NCBI GenBank assembly: GCA_964247055.1
Contig: OZ176051.1
Location: forward strand, 12,462,001-12,526,000
Length of the DNA stretch: 64,000 nucleotides
Direction: 5' to 3'
From: Paragordius varius
Lineage: Eukaryota; Animalia; Nematomorpha
Below, piece by piece: positions 37,701 to 52,227 of this stretch. The notes under the pieces were generated by a model, which was given only the letters and a program-made list of their open reading frames with translations, made no database searches and was not told the DNA's origin. Within the stretch, counting starts at the first letter, position 1; each line of letters begins with the position of its first letter. A program made the position numbers and the translations under genes.

Positions 37701-40700
37701 AATCTATCATACCAAAACCAACAAATAATATTATTGAAACAACAACTTTCACTGCAAAATCAACATCTACCCCCAATGTTAGTACCACCAAAGATACTAA
37801 TTATGTGACTTTGTCGACGACTTTTGGTGACAATAAAAATATTGTTATAAATAAATCTGAAAATTCAATTCCTATTACCTCCTCTAATTTTCACATTTCA
37901 ACGCAAAATAGTTTTACAGATTCGGCAAAAGCATCCAAAAACGACAATAATCTTGAAAATATAACTAACCAAAATACTAACATATCAGACTTGAAACATG
38001 AAAATGTTTTAGATAACATAAAATCAACCTTGTCACTGCAAGCACAAATAAGTGATAATAAAGAAATCAATGGTTTCACTAAAAACAGCTTTAATAATTC
38101 GTTTTTAACCCAACAAAATGACATTTTAACAACCAATAAAACTAATTCAACTCTTGTTTCAACTATGATAAAAGACACAGTAGGGAACACTACACCCTTA
38201 AACACATCCATATCAAATGATGATAATACTCAAAATTTGTCATCTAATTTTAGTTTTTGTAATACTGTTGTTTCTAATTCCCTTTTGATTAATACCCCAA
38301 TGCAAAATAGTTTGCCGGTTGTTCCAGAACAATCGAATTTAAACCCAACGCCTGTTAAAATTACTCCATCATCATTTGCAAACTCACCACAATCTATTCA
38401 AGAACAGGATGTTTCTTCGGACAATTTAATCAATTTTTCTTTTACCCCAATAATGTTAAACAAGGAAAGTGCTCCCTTATTAGAAAAGCCACAAGAAAAT
38501 GTAATAAATAAAATTGAAAGCAATACTATTGCATCCATAATTAGTACACAAGCTACAGTAAATTTGTTTGGAGCTGTTAATACTACTAGTTTTACAAGTA
38601 ATTTTTGTTTAAATTTATTAAAAAAAAAAATTAAAGTTTTAAGATTCCTGAAACTAAGAAGCTAAATGTTACTTATAAAAAACTTATGAGGTATTAAAAT
38701 GCAAAGATGTAAATTAGTAACACTCCCGAATATATATATTTTACAATTGTAATTATTAAGATATTAATAAGGAAATATTAATGTCTAAAATTAGGTATTC
38801 TATGTTTAAAAAAATACATTATTTGACTTGTAATTTTTAATGCCATTTTATCTTTATATAATATATTTCACTAATTTTATAGTAAATATATTTATTGATG
38901 TGTTATTATTGCAATTATAATTCAGCTTTTTCGATTACATTTTAATTTATACCTAAATCTTTAGGTTATATTTTAAAATAGTTTTTACGTTGACAAAGAT
39001 TACTTTTGTAGTAATCGAAAACTTATCTAAATAAATTTATCTAATTTTAGTTGAATTATAATTGCAATACAACACTTGAGCGTAAACAATATCCAATAAT
39101 TTATATTAATTTATTTATTGTTCAGATTTTGAGGCAAATTTATCGTTAGGATCAACTCAAACAACAATAAGTACGTCACATTCGCCTGAAAATATTGTGA
39201 CAACTTCACATAATATATTTTCTTTGAATTTAACATCAAAATCTTCGACTGTCTTAAATACTAGCACCTCAAATATGCACATTTTTAATTTAGTTTCAAC
39301 CTGCACATCAAATACAAATAACCCTATTTTTGGCTCAGCGGCAGCTAATTTTAATGATAATATATTTGGAAAAAATAGCTCTTTAGTTTCTATAAACGCA
39401 ACATTTGGAAACGGTAGTGTGTCCACTCAAAAAAATGCTAGTAATATTTTTGGAACTCCACAAAATTTTATTTCCTCTAGCCCTACTTCACTGCAATTCG
39501 GGTTTTTATCTATCGTTTTTTAACACTTTAGAATGTTTAATAGGTTGTATTGTTGTTTAAGTCATAAAATTAGGATTTGATATATATATACCATTTACAA
39601 TTCATATTCCTTAAACAATTCAAATTCATATGTTTTTTAAAATTAAAAATTACCTATATTTACATATATGTATTAAAAAATAAAATTTTGTTTTAAATTA
39701 AAATAATACTCCAAAAAATAATAAACTATGCCATACAGATATATTTTATACTAATAATGAGTTATATTAGTTCGAAAACACATAATTTATTTTTAGGGTG
39801 AATTTGAACTGTAAATGGTATATCATATATAAATTGAATTTAATTGTAACCTAATAGTTGAAAACTGTTGTCATTTGTAAAATAAAAATATTACTCTTTA
39901 AATATAAGAGTAATTATTGAAAAAATTCAGGAGTATGTATTAAACCGGTGATTACTATTTAAGGTATAACTTTCAGTAAACACCTTTAATTACTATAATA
40001 TATTTAAGATGATTTATACTTAAAAACTACGATAAAACTCACAATATAGCCCAACATTATTTATTTAAACAAAAAGAATGGTTTTTGTAAAGATTAAAAT
40101 AAAACTTAAACCATATGCTAAATTTTTTATATATACGTATTTTATAATTTATTTATAAGATATTTTCTATGAATTCATTCACTATTTTCTTTTTATTTTT
40201 AATAAATTGCATTTTAGCTTTAAAATTGTAATACAGGGTTTATTATAATATAGATTTTTCTAAATCTGATCAATATTTTAAAAATAGACTGGTAAATTAT
40301 TTAATACGATTTAAAAAGTTTTAAGAATAATTTTATTATTCAATTTTTTCGCTAACTTATTTGGAATCGAAGCACTTTTATCGGTATTGTTTAATGTTCT
40401 TTAGTTTTTATATATTTTTGTCTTATATGGCTTTTTATTTTTACATATTTTTTGGATTCTGAATATCATATTATTAAAAATTTAAATCTCCCCCAAAATG
40501 GTATATAAGCCTAATTTTTGATTAACTCTGATATATTTTTTATTATATTTAGAAGTGCTACCCCAGTGTTTGGTGGGTCGCCTCTTTTCGGGAATCAAGG
40601 TAAATAAATAGTTTTAGCTAACAATTTAATAATAATTGTTTTTTGCTTCATATAAATAAATATATTTTATCGACGCTTTCATCCTAGCAATGTAAAAAAG

Positions 40701-43092
40701 CAATAATTGAAAAAAGGTATTTTGATTAAGAACCGCTTATTTAAAAGTAAATGGATTTTTAAATTATAGACCCTTAAATTGCACCCTATAAAAAAGTTTA
40801 ATCTGCGTGTCTGAGAAATAAAAAGAGTTTACGGTATATGGCGGATCCTATAATATAGAGCAATCATTCCTTTTGATTGTTAAAAAAAATTGGCTTTACA
40901 TATTTTATTCCCTTAATATATATATATATATATTTTGTTCATAAAAGTATATTAATATTATACAGCTATACAAAATATTTCAAGTCAAAATAATGTATTT
41001 GGCGGGTTCGCAACTTTTTCCTCACCTTTGGGAGTTAACGTATCTGGTATATATATTTATTCCTATTTCCTATTTATTGGTTTAAGTTAAGGGGGTTTTT
41101 AATCGACTTATTATGGTTTTTTGACAACATCAAATTAAGGAAAAATGAAAAATTAACTTTAACATTGATTGTTTGATTTGAATTATATTTTTTATTTATA
41201 GCATAGTTTTTTTGACGGCATTTTTTAATTAAAAATGTTTATCATGTCTAATATTATGAGACACATTCTCGATATGTTATCTATTCAAATATTTATTAAA
41301 TAAATTTATATAATAAAAATGTTTAAATTATGATAATTTGTTTGCTATAGTACCGAATCAGTCAACTTCCAATTTGTTTGGTAATATTCTTGCCCAACAA
41401 TCTCAAGGTTATTAGTTTTTTTAGTCAAATTTTTTTATAATCATCACTAAACAATAATAAAATTGAAATTTTCCCATAATTAACTGTTAATCACTTTAAA
41501 ACGGGGCGGGGCCTGCTATTTTTTACATAAAATTTCAATGTCTTACAACAATAAAAAGAGTCCTTTGAATTCGAAAAAAAAATTTATATACACTTTCTGG
41601 TATATTTTATGGAGTTTATTAAATCATCACGTTATTTTTCCATTTCAATTTGTATAGTTTTAAGATATAAATTTTTAAGATTTTATCATCAAAATGCTTA
41701 AATCTATAAATCATTTTCACCTAAAATTTTATTTTTTCTTTAAAAAGACAATATTTATATATTGGTATTTGTCAGGATTTGGATTCGGTCAACCAGCTAA
41801 TATAACCGCAAACCCTATATTTGGTTCCTCATCAATAGCAACTACCCATATTTTTGGTCAGCCCGCTTCACAAGGTCAAAATGTTGGTTTTACTAATCAA
41901 TCTACCGGTTTTTCTGGTATATTAATTCATATATTTATTTATTTAACTATATTAGGAAAATGTAAAAACAATGTTTTTATAAGAAATTTAATTTTAGGTT
42001 TCAATATGTCTATTAGATATATATATAGTTTATGAGTTAAAAAAACTCTATTTTTCAATCTGTAAACGTAAATTTTGTCGGGAATATGCTCAAAATGTAG
42101 CTCTATAAAATTTATATATTTCATGTAAAAATTACTTTTAGATTACATCTAACTAAAAAACTGGTCATAATTATATATAAATCAGAATCATAGTATATTT
42201 TGTACTTGTAAATGACCCCTATAACCAATCTATATTTAAAACTAATGTAATCATTCACAAAAAAAACTTGAAACAATTTTTCTTTCTTTTGTGGTTTTAT
42301 TAAATCTTATAGTTATAAATGCATTTACTTTTAATTATGTGGCTGCCTATTTTGCATATTTTTATAATTAAAATTTATAAAATTTTCAATTACATATATT
42401 TATATATTATTGCCATTAGGTTTCGGATTGGTAGGTACTAGTAGTTTTGGTCAAATTGCTGGTCAATCGCCGTTAGACCAACAAAATCAACCACAAAGTT
42501 TTGGGAGTACACCTCCAATGTAAAATCTCTTTTTATACCATAAAAAAAGATTTTTTTTTCCTTGTAAGGAATTTTTAATTGGGTAAAAAATTAAAATCAC
42601 AAGACAAAACATAAAAATATAAGGTTAAGAAAAGCAAACTTTTGTTATACAGTATGCATTTTAATGGTTGCTTATTTCATAGTATAGTAGGCTAATTTGT
42701 AACACAACAGTAGTGTAGTATGGAAAAAAACCAACTAAATGTTGAATAATCAACTATTTACCTTTCTTTTTTCCATACACTCCTGTATTACAAATTGCCC
42801 CCTACTATAGTTAAGCAACCGTTAAAATGCATTCTGTATATATACAGTTGAAATATAATACTTTTTTGACACCTAAAACAATAAATAAGTTAAGATTGGC
42901 AAACATTAATTTTCCTTAGTATAATTGTCTTTGATATTTTAATTTACTCACTACTCTGCAGTTTTTTGTGCTGCATACAGTAAAAGGGATTTTTTAGGTT
43001 TTAAATGCATTTTTTTAGCGCAATAATATGGCTTTTTCTGTACATAATGTATATTTTATTTTAGGAAAGAATCATTCCTGAAATTCCGCTAA
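25964..43092 (+). CDS. NUP214: Nuclear pore complex protein Nup214 (beta-propeller, coiled coil, S/T-rich region, FG repeats)
   Basis: Exons about 25964-25993, 26022-26139, 26167-26396, 26418-26649, 27745-27849, 29396-29565, 30762-31046, 31389-31569, 32298-32639, 33228-33365, 34053-34249, 34660-34936, 35476-35602, 36255-~36395, 36731-36837, 37484-38597, 39126-39501, 40553-40599, 40966-41046, 41351-41407, 41778-41915, 42420-42519, 43065-43092. Motifs VCNKYGYVF, CWSPKGKQL, LEDTYRAKL, PSPILYLISDAG, FG repeats and C-terminal SFLKFR*. The phase of the junction near 36395 is not resolved. Confidence 0.88.
27111..27698. mobile_element. Family A MITE with an expanded subterminal 21-bp array
   Basis: TA|CCAGTTACAG...GTAAATGG|TA. 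About 18 units of gttcaagggtgaatttgaatt at 27317-27690. Confidence 0.85.
28131..28720. mobile_element. Family C MITE with subterminal 21-bp repeats in both arms
   Basis: TA|CCATTTGCACTTCAAGAGTGTCC...GGACACTCGTGAAGTGCAAATGG|TA; repeats of ttcaagttggtccttgaa and their reverse complement. Confidence 0.85.
28785..28973. mobile_element. Family B MITE, joined to the family C copy through about (TA)32
   Basis: Aligns to 24356-24536 and 42650-42836. Confidence 0.8.
29847..30482. mobile_element. Foldback-like element with about 260-270 bp imperfect inverted arms and CCATTT termini
   Basis: The left arm (29847-30118) is the reverse complement of the right arm (30228-30482), for example aatcaatctataaaattt / aaattttatagattgatt. 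TA-flanked. Confidence 0.75.
32866..33153. mobile_element. Family A MITE
   Basis: TA|CCATTTACAG...TATAAATGG|TA, with 2-3 subterminal 21-mers. Confidence 0.8.
33725..33994. mobile_element. Family A MITE
   Basis: TA|CCATTTACAG...TGTAAATGG|TA. Confidence 0.8.
36475..36725. mobile_element. Tc1/mariner-like MITE (family F, CAGTAAAAA termini) next to a NUP214 splice acceptor
   Basis: TA|CAGTAAAAA...TATACGGACATGACGTAAAAATA ... TATTTTTACGTTTTGTCCGTA...TTTTTACTG|TA, followed directly by CAG and the exon at 36731. Confidence 0.8.
37118..37401. mobile_element. Family F MITE
   Basis: TA|CAG...GAAATTATACGGACAAAAGGTAAAAATATA ... TATATTTTTACGTTTTGTCCGTATAATTTCAGTTTTTACTG|TA. A truncated left end of the same family starts at 31668. 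Confidence 0.8.
39591..39818. mobile_element. Family A MITE
   Basis: (TA)n|CCATTTACAATTC...GAACTGTAAATGG|TA. Confidence 0.8.
42650..42836. mobile_element. Family B MITE (187 bp)
   Basis: TA|CAGTATGCATTTTAATGGTTG...CAACCGTTAAAATGCATTCTG|TA. Confidence 0.85.
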
Positions 43093-43836
43093 TCAATTTC
43101 TATACTCAAACATATATATTATGCTTTGAAATAAATATCAGTTTGCATATATCAATCAATCTTTACACATGATGTGTGTAAATTTATTATTTTTACCTTT
43201 TTTTTGTTTTATCACAAAAAGTGTTATCGTTTCTACGAATAAAAACGTTTCTCATTCAACAAATTTTTTCATGTGTAAAAAATTAGTTCTGGGTGACAAA
43301 TTTGTTTCTGAACACCTGTACTTTTTAATATAAATTATCTCTTTCTGTAATATGATGTCAAGCTGTGTTTATGGATGTTTTGGTTTTGCCTATTTTTTTA
43401 TTAAATTACGCATTCAATTTTGCAGTCAGAGTTTTATAATATCTTTTTACTAAGAAATATTCGCACATATATTTTTTTTCATACTAATATTACTTTTTTT
43501 TAATTTTTGTCGGTCATTTTGTACATTAGAGTCAAAAAGATCAATATAAATCCAAATATTTTAACAATAAAAACATATTTATTATTTTAACAATTATTTA
43601 TTATGTTTATATATGATATATATGTATAAAATAGACTTTATAAATTTTTCATAGGTAAAAATATGATTATATATAGAGATGTATGGAATTAAACAGTATA
43701 ACAATTGAGGTATTTTTGTTTCACAAGAAAAACCATCTTTTTTCGTTTCCCATTCCTTAGCCTTTAAGGTTAGATCTGTGCGCTGCGCTGAGGTACCTCT
43801 ATTCACCCAAGTTTATCTAAATATTTTAACCTTGAA

Positions 43837-46190
43837 TCAGTCGAATGTATTTAAAGTTATAACGATAACTACTAATATAATTATTGATTTTCCTGTAGAT
43901 TGTCGATATTTATATACAGAGTTTGATGATGAAATGGGCCTGGGTACAATATTTTTACCATTATTTGACGATTTTGTTGGCAGAACAAAACTGTTGGAAT
44001 TTGAGATCATGGCGTTACTTTTTCTCCTATTATAGAGGTGTGCACTGAGTAATACATTCGTTCGATTATTGGATATGAGTGGCAATAAATCCGCCCGTGA
44101 AATTGTGGAAAAATATTTTAATTGTTGTTGTTTTTGACCACGTTTTTGGTACCAACGTCGCACGGATCTTAGATTAAGGTTTGATAATCGAATATAATCT
44201 TGATACGATACGCGTGCATTATGTGCGAATTGGGTTTGACCCGTAGTCAAGAGATCATACGTGCAAGCATCTAAAAATATGTCTGTGATTGATTGTGTCC
44301 GACATTGTTTTACGGCTTGAGACAAGGTCATCCCCATTAATTGTGGCAATTTGGTACCAAATGATAGGTCTAAAAGTTTGGGGGATTCAACAGAAAGGGG
44401 AAAGGGAATAGAATAATTTATCTTTGGACCAATCGGTTTCAAGGATTCACCACTAATATTACCGTTTCTTTCGGTTATTGATATGATTTCTCCAACACTA
44501 GGCCGTGAAATTAAGTCTGCCGTGTAATTTGGTGGATTACGTTTTTGCAAACCATTATTATTGTTAATTGTTAAATTTTCAACTGGAGTCATGATTATAA
44601 TAGGATTGTCTGTTTTAGCTGTTGAATTTAGTGTAATAGTATATCGATTTTTGTCAGCTACAGTTTTGTTGGGGTTAACAAGTGTTGAAACTGCTTTACG
44701 AAACACATTGTATATGTCAATTTGTTCTTGTTTAGGACAGCCATTCCAACAAAGTTGAAACGGAGGGGAGCCTTGATTCATCTTGTTGTATTCAGGATTC
44801 TGGTGATATCTTTCCACATTCTCACGTGAAAAGTAGTAAGTTTGTGGTGAATTTGAAACGAATACATCATTTTGATGGTTAATGGGTTTATAGTTAATAG
44901 GTATTGCATATTGCGGTGGGATACTCACTGCGATAGAAAGAAAGCTTTTGGTAATTACTTTCCCAAGGTTATCATTAGGGTCGTTTATTTGATGCTTTCG
45001 TATTGAAATGTATGCACCAATATATCTACAAATTCAAAGTATATGAAATTTTATGCTAATAAAAATTACTATACAATAAATAATTCATTTCACTAAAATA
45101 TGCGCACATATGCCTACAGAATAATCTTATAAGTTCCTATGAAAAAGAAAGAGAAAATGTTTAGTTAAAAATAATCAACATATAAAATTGATTCTTAAAA
45201 AGTAATCTAAATATATAAATTTAATTAAATCATTTCTTTTATAACGAACATTACTAAACATCAAAATGGGCGACATATATGCATATATTTACCTTAATTT
45301 TATATCAATATGATTTCCTGCATCTCGAGGTTTGATAGATACGGCTTTATCGAAACCGAGACCAGCTGTTGTCGTGTCATCAGTAAAGGTAGAGGGCACA
45401 TAATTGCTTCGGGCTTCATATATTTTTTCTTCGGCACACGGGTAGTTTTGTTTAATTATGACGGTTATCTAAAAAAGGGGGCAAAATCAGATTGGTTATC
45501 ATAATTTATCGTCTGATTTATTGCCAATCAAAGTTTTTGTAATATGCGAAATTTAGTCATTATTTGATGCAGGGGGCCAACACACGGCCCTCCGAAACAT
45601 TATATGTGTGGCCCACGATAATTTTACAAATCTAATTTGGAAAAATATGCCCACAAAATCTTAAAATAAAATCTATTGGCGAAATTAGAGAAAAAAATTG
45701 TTAAATTGTCTGCATCTTACAGATTTATGTATACGGAAGTATGATAAATAATAATTATGAATCCCCTTACAAATTTTTTTGATTGTAAAATGTGACCCTC
45801 GAAGCCATTTATTAGACACCTCTGGTGTAATTATTGGATAAAAACTAATTAATATTAACCGTTGCGAATTATAGCTATACAAAAGCTTGCTGTTTGTTAG
45901 AAGTTAAAAAAGTTTGAATGTTCTTATCCTTGTTTAAATAATTTCTAGATTATTTTACTAAATTGAAGGTGTATTTACTATAAGCGAAATACACACAATT
46001 TATAGATAAAAAAAGAGACCCCAAAATTGGTTAAGCAAAGAAAAGAGGAAAGACAAAGAGATAAATTGACTAGGGAAGAGAATAGCTGCCAGGCACAAAC
46101 ACATTAAACTAACTAACTATGCCACACAACGAAAAACGTTTTTTTGGTGTGTAAAAAATGATGAAATAATAATTTGCAATATTCATTTAC

Positions 46191-46233
<43 letters not shown>

Positions 46234-49200
46234 AAATTGGATGTATATCAGGGATGGTTAATATCATAGTAAAAAATTCTACACAGATTATGTTTAATAA
46301 AAATATTAAATGGACAGAATGGTATATTGTATGTTGGGTCTAATCAAGCAAAAACAGATTAAATTTCAAGGTTTCATTCTTGTTTGTAAAAATGTATGAA
46401 TTTTTTTAATTTAGGTGGATTTTATAGATTAAGCCCCAAACTTTTTCCAAGAAATTTTGAAAAAAAAGTAATTTTCTCTCGGTAACAATTATAAAATAAT
46501 ACCAAAAATTTCTCATAACTGGAAAAATTTCGTAGGGTTTTTGAATTTTGTTAACTAATGTTTATTCATTTAAAAAAATGTAAAAAATTGTCCATATGTA
46601 CTACATACATAATGGTAACCCTTATTTCAAGTATACCATCTCATCAGGTAAAAAAGCATAGGTATACTTGAGAAAAAGTTTGAATACTATGATTTATAAA
46701 ATATTTTAATATTTTATATATGCATACTTGTTAAGCATATGGTCAATATTTATTATTTATTAAGTAGAATTACAGTAGAGTATAGCATAACACATTATTA
46801 ATCCATAAAAGAATGAAAAAGTCTTTTTTTAAAAAAAACAAGCTTAGGAGTATATAGACATATCCATAATATCCCCTTGTACATTTTTTAAATCTTTTAT
46901 GGACTAATATTGTTTTATTCCATACGATACTGTATAAGTAAGGGTGTTTAATAATACAGAGATTTTAGAGATAATCCCACTTAGGTATCTACTAACACTA
47001 CTGGGAAAAAAACCCATACATATGAATATTGAATTACATATCGAATGCAGCAGGATTATATAAATTAATTTTTATAAATTGATAATCCTAAATATATATA
47101 AAAACAAATAAATAAATATAAGAAAAGTAAATATGTATTACTGTAATATAAAACCAACCCCCTTATATAGAGTTTATATATGTGATTAAAAATTATGTTA
47201 TAATAACTCAAATATTTAACAATAAGTATCTCCAGTAATGATTGATTAATCTGTTCTAAATTTTGTTATTGGGGTTTAAAAAGGGGGATTGATTAAGGTA
47301 AAATGCTTTTACACACTAGCATATAGGGTCAAACATACATCACATGTATAAAAATAGAAATATTGCTAAAAATATATGGGGAACATGTTTAATTATGCCC
47401 ATTGTGTGGTTTAAAATTATACATCAACCGCAAATCAAAATTTTTAATTTTACATAAAACATTGAATTTACAGTAGCGTATGCTAACAAACAATAAATGG
47501 TTGTAAATGTATAATTATTCTACCTCTTAACATTAATATTGTTTTAATTATGGACAAACTTGTGTCATACGCTAGTATTTTTATTTATTTAAGTTTCTTA
47601 GTTTAACATACATATGTAAGTGGTATCTATCAGTATATTAAATGCATATGGTAGAGTAATTAATCAACAAAATATCTATTCTACTAAAATGCAAAAATTT
47701 AAGAGAAAGGAATCTTATCAAATATAATAAATCTCTCAGTTGAGCTTAAAAAATGGATCCAAATCAAAATAAAAAAAAATATTTTTTACACCAAAATTTG
47801 CGTATTCCCACAAAAAACTAGGTAACTTGGAACATTTTGAAGCCATAATAAACCCAAAAGTCATAAATTAATGATTAGTAAATATGCTAATGACAATAAT
47901 ATATTTGAATAATAAATCTTTTTTGGCTTCTGTTATAAGGGGTGGTTTTGATGCCCTAGTGTTTTACACTTTAATAGAACGGGTTTTTGTTATCAATTAA
48001 AAAAAAATTTTTTGCAAATTTTCATGCAACATTCCAATTTTTCAAACCATTCTTTAATTACAGTCATGTACCCTTTTATCAAAAATTTCTTTCGTTAAAA
48101 GGGTACAAATACTTGTTAAAGGGAAAAAAGTGTATGGTATTTACAATATCATATTCATCAAAAAAGTATAAGAATTTCGAAAAAGTTCTTGTTTTTCCCA
48201 TTCTTTACCAAATATTTATGGACCCATTTAACAAAAAAAAATAAATTTTTGATAAAATAAAGGATGTATGAATGTAAATTAAAAATTGTATTATGATAAT
48301 TAAATATATACCGCTGTGATGACGGTGGCATCATAGGTATTATAGGGACCAGTAATCGTCTGACTTGTAACTTGTACACTAAAGTAGGGATTATTTATGA
48401 GAGGCCAGGCCCCAGAAATCCGACACGTTTCAAACGAGCTATCGTATCGTACAAGGTGTGGATCCCCAAACAATGAACAATACCAATTTGGGGTAAAGGG
48501 CGGCACTCCTTTTTTATTCAAAGGAATTGATTGCGATTTTGTTTTTGATTCTTTTGACCTACTTTGAGCGTAGTAGTTTTCTATTGGGGTGCTGCTACGT
48601 GGATCATACGTACATTGTGATGTTATTGCGGAGTTATAATTAACTGAATGAGATGGCTTAAAAATTGAGTTTTGCCCAAAACGTGATGGAACGGGATTAG
48701 GTTTTGATTTTTCAACATTCTTCTCTTGCTGCTGTTGTTGTTTAATAGTATCTTCCATTATACGTAAAGGATTAGCAGCAGGAGGTGGTGATGGGGTATA
48801 CGTTATCCCATATTCATAGTATAAGACATCTTGATTCAACCGTTCATTCAAATTTGAATTTGTATTCGTATTTGTATTCTGTTGCATGGATAAATGTTGT
48901 TGTGGCTTAGATGAACGGCCCCTATTTTTGCGAGCCTTGATTCTGGCTCTAAGTTTAGCTAGGCGTGTGGTTTCATCAGCTAAAATTTGACGACATTCAT
49001 ACTTATTGTACCATTGTGATAAAAAAAGGCTCGTCGTGTGATAATTTAAGTCACCGCGACACGATTTGCCTGCCGGTAGGCAGTTGGTGTACGTTTCAAG
49101 CAATTGACAATACTTTAGATTGGAGCCTTGGGTTATGTCCATTTCTGATATGGAAGCACGATACATCTCAGCACAATGTTCAATGTTACAGGAGAAAGCT

Positions 49201-50587
49201 AATATACAGTAAAACATATATATTATTACATAGTTTAAGCGTCTTTAAGTATGTCCTATGCGCAAATTAAAGACTTCTTAGCCAACAATATATTATACAG
49301 TTATGCACATTTATATTGGTCCGATTGGCAATACAGCACCGTATGATATAAAACAAATTTTGTCCATAATTAAAAAAATTTCCTTATCTTACTACATTAA
49401 ATCATATTTAATTATGGGTAAAATTTGTTATAAATGATATGCTACTGTATAACAAATTAGCCAACTATAATGTGAATTACCAACATTAACATGCAGACTG
49501 TATTTGTATCTCAATAACAAGCGATTAAATTTATTGTTAAAATTTATTCGTAATAACTAAAATCTGTAAAAAATTATTGTTTTAATCTACGGTATCTTAC
49601 CTAATATTTCACAGTAAAAAATTCATAAATAAAAATTATGCGAGTTCAAAGTTTTGAATGAAATATAAGTTCTAATATATAAAAACATTTTACAATTGTT
49701 TTTGATATTCAAAAAAAGTGCTTTATTTGTTGTTTTAGTCATAGTGTTAATTGGCGTCATTAAATTTACATTGCTGGACGGTTATATTTTTGCCTATATA
49801 TAATTTTCGTAATAGAGAGAGAGCAACTTAAACCTAACTTAAACGACCATCACTTGTTTATGGTAATAAAAATGTTTTTGATAGTTAAATATTGTACAAG
49901 CCTACTTTCATCTTAAAAATGCTTGTGCGTTTTTATGCTTTTTTTCCTTTTTATACATGGCGGTAATATACATATAAGCCGACATTTTACACATATCCTA
50001 TGTATAATGTAGTCAGTCGGGATAAATCACATAAAGTTAGTTATATTTTTAAAAAATATTATATACTGTGTAAAGATAACTGAGTTAGTTATGATTGTTA
50101 GTACCTTTTATTTTGTTTTAAATAGATTTTCACCACGATTTTTAGATTTTTTTAAGGCTCCAAAATTATTTGAAAGCTTATTTATAAAATAAGGCCCCCC
50201 ATGCCCGTTCATGAAAAAAAACATGGGTCATTAATCCGCATAATGAACCATTTTTAAAAATATGTACAAAAAAAATTTTTGATTAAAATATAATTATAGA
50301 TATTTGAAACAAAAAATAAAAAATTTTAACATTAAAAAAATGATAAAATAAATTGAAAAAATGTATGTATTAATTATATAATTAGATTTTAGGCGCTGTT
50401 TATTTGTTGAAAAAGCTTTTTAGATGTTCATTTAAGAGATGGTCAACTGCACATCGTTAAGTTAAAATTTAAAAAATTTACCCATTTTATTGAGAATAAT
50501 AAATTGTAAAACAGAGATTATTGGCAGAAGTAGGGAAATTGATTTGCTGCATAGTAATAAAAGGACAAGTCCCATACTTTTTATCAT
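43837..50587 (-). CDS. RGM: Repulsive guidance molecule (RGM/hemojuvelin family), probably GPI-anchored
   Basis: Exons 50482-50587 (hydrophobic signal peptide; start at 50587 or 50575), 48312-49198 (CRGDLNYH, CSLFGDPH, TCRISGAWPLINN), 45293-45468 (ITVIIK...CAEEKIYEA), 43837-45025 (YIG, LCWNGCP, ACTYDLLTTG, hydrophobic C-terminal tail). Confidence 0.93.
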
Positions 50588-52227
50588 AAACCATGTCGCG
50601 ATCCCAAAAAAGGTAATGATAGATGAAATTGTTTTAGGACCCAAAATACAGAGGGCCTAACAATTTTGGGTGGAATCGAATTTAGATGAACGAAAATGAT
50701 CCAGTTATCGAAGCAAGTTAAAAGTTTCATTCATTAAGGTTAGTTTTTTATGTCAAGCACTTTAAATTTGGAATAATGACGATTATTAAATTATGTAAGA
50801 TCACGAAACGAGACATATCAAAAAAATGTCCTCTTTTCATGGCTAAAAAAATTCTGAAACGTGAAACTATTTAAAAAAAATTATATGTAAAATGTGGAAA
50901 TATAGGTAGATATAAGTGATATAGACAGTAAGGGACCACTAAAAAATCAAATTATAATATCTCTTCTGTGTTTTAAATTAATTTTTTTTGCTGGATGGAT
51001 ATATAAAGATAGGGAATGATAAATTAGAAATATGTATATAAAAAATATTTTTGCTTAAAGTATAGATAGTAGTAAAAAATGTATGTAATTATGAATGTAG
51101 AAATAAAAAAATAGGAAAAAATACTAATAAGTATAAGTAGCATTATGGAAAGTGTAAACAACTAAACAATGCAAAATATAATCTAAGTATAGAGTATACA
51201 ATAGGTTTTTCATTATAATAATTTTTAGTTTATATATGTAGATTTTATCATTACAACAAATGTTATACATTGTAAATAAACAACAGTGAGTCCAACAAAA
51301 AAATGGATACGAATAAAAAAATTACAATATACATAATGTTAGATATAAAATACCCAGGAAAATTTTATATTACTTATAATAGTGTTTACAATTGTTGATG
51401 TAGAATAAAAATTTTAAAGATTGGCCTTTTTGGTTTCTAAATGGCAAAAACAAAATTTAATTTTAATGCAACTAAAAACTAACAATCTTATACTAGCAAC
51501 AGTACAGTCATGCAAATAAAATCCATTTTAGCCAATTCCGTTTAGGCCAAAAAAGTGATTGGATACTTTCATTATCATATGCATAAGTGATTAAACAGTT
51601 CTGAACTACGACGATTCACAAGACATGGCCTAGTTTTGGTTAGCCCCCCAAAACCACAATTTCTAACATTTGAATTTTTAATGTAATTTTTTGAGTAAAA
51701 ACCAATTTGGTTTCTTATATCATCTGAAACAGGGGTGTCGTGGCTTCGTGGATCGCATTTTCTCACAAAAAAACGGACGGTAATAAATAATTTAAAAAGA
51801 GTGGAAAAACAACTGTTTATTTAAATGACTTTGGCTACTTTTTTTGCCATATATATTGCGGAGAAACTATTCAATCAAAAAATATGTTTAAATTTTACTT
51901 GGACAAGATAAATATTGTATTTAAAATTTCTCGCGAGGTTCACACGTTTTTTGGAGGGGTGCCTCGCCTGTTGGATACTTTTGATCTAAAAGCACCTTGG
52001 TGTGGATGTGTTGGTTAAAACAAAAACTTTTTCTTATTGTCTTCAAATGCGTTTTCTACCAGATTACATTTAATACAATATATAATATCAGGTAAATAGC
52101 AGAGAAATGCAATTAGGAAACTATATGTAAAAAATAAAATAATATATTTTCTTCAATATAATTTTCATATCTTCGGAGAAACAAAAAACTATTTATTCCA
52201 TAAATGTTCATATTACCATCGTTGTAA

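Noticed and set aside
37891-39426. Minus-strand ORFs of 106 and 89 aa
   Set aside because: Antisense shadows of the large S/T/N-rich NUP214 exons.
45721-45874. Exon-like segment with AG/GTAAG borders in RGM intron 2
   Set aside because: 154 nt would break the phase 0-0 junction and starts with an in-frame TAA; RGM is complete without it.
51575-52070. GC-richer blocks and a 63-aa ORF upstream of RGM
   Set aside because: No recognisable homology or consistent splice structure; probably repeat remnants.
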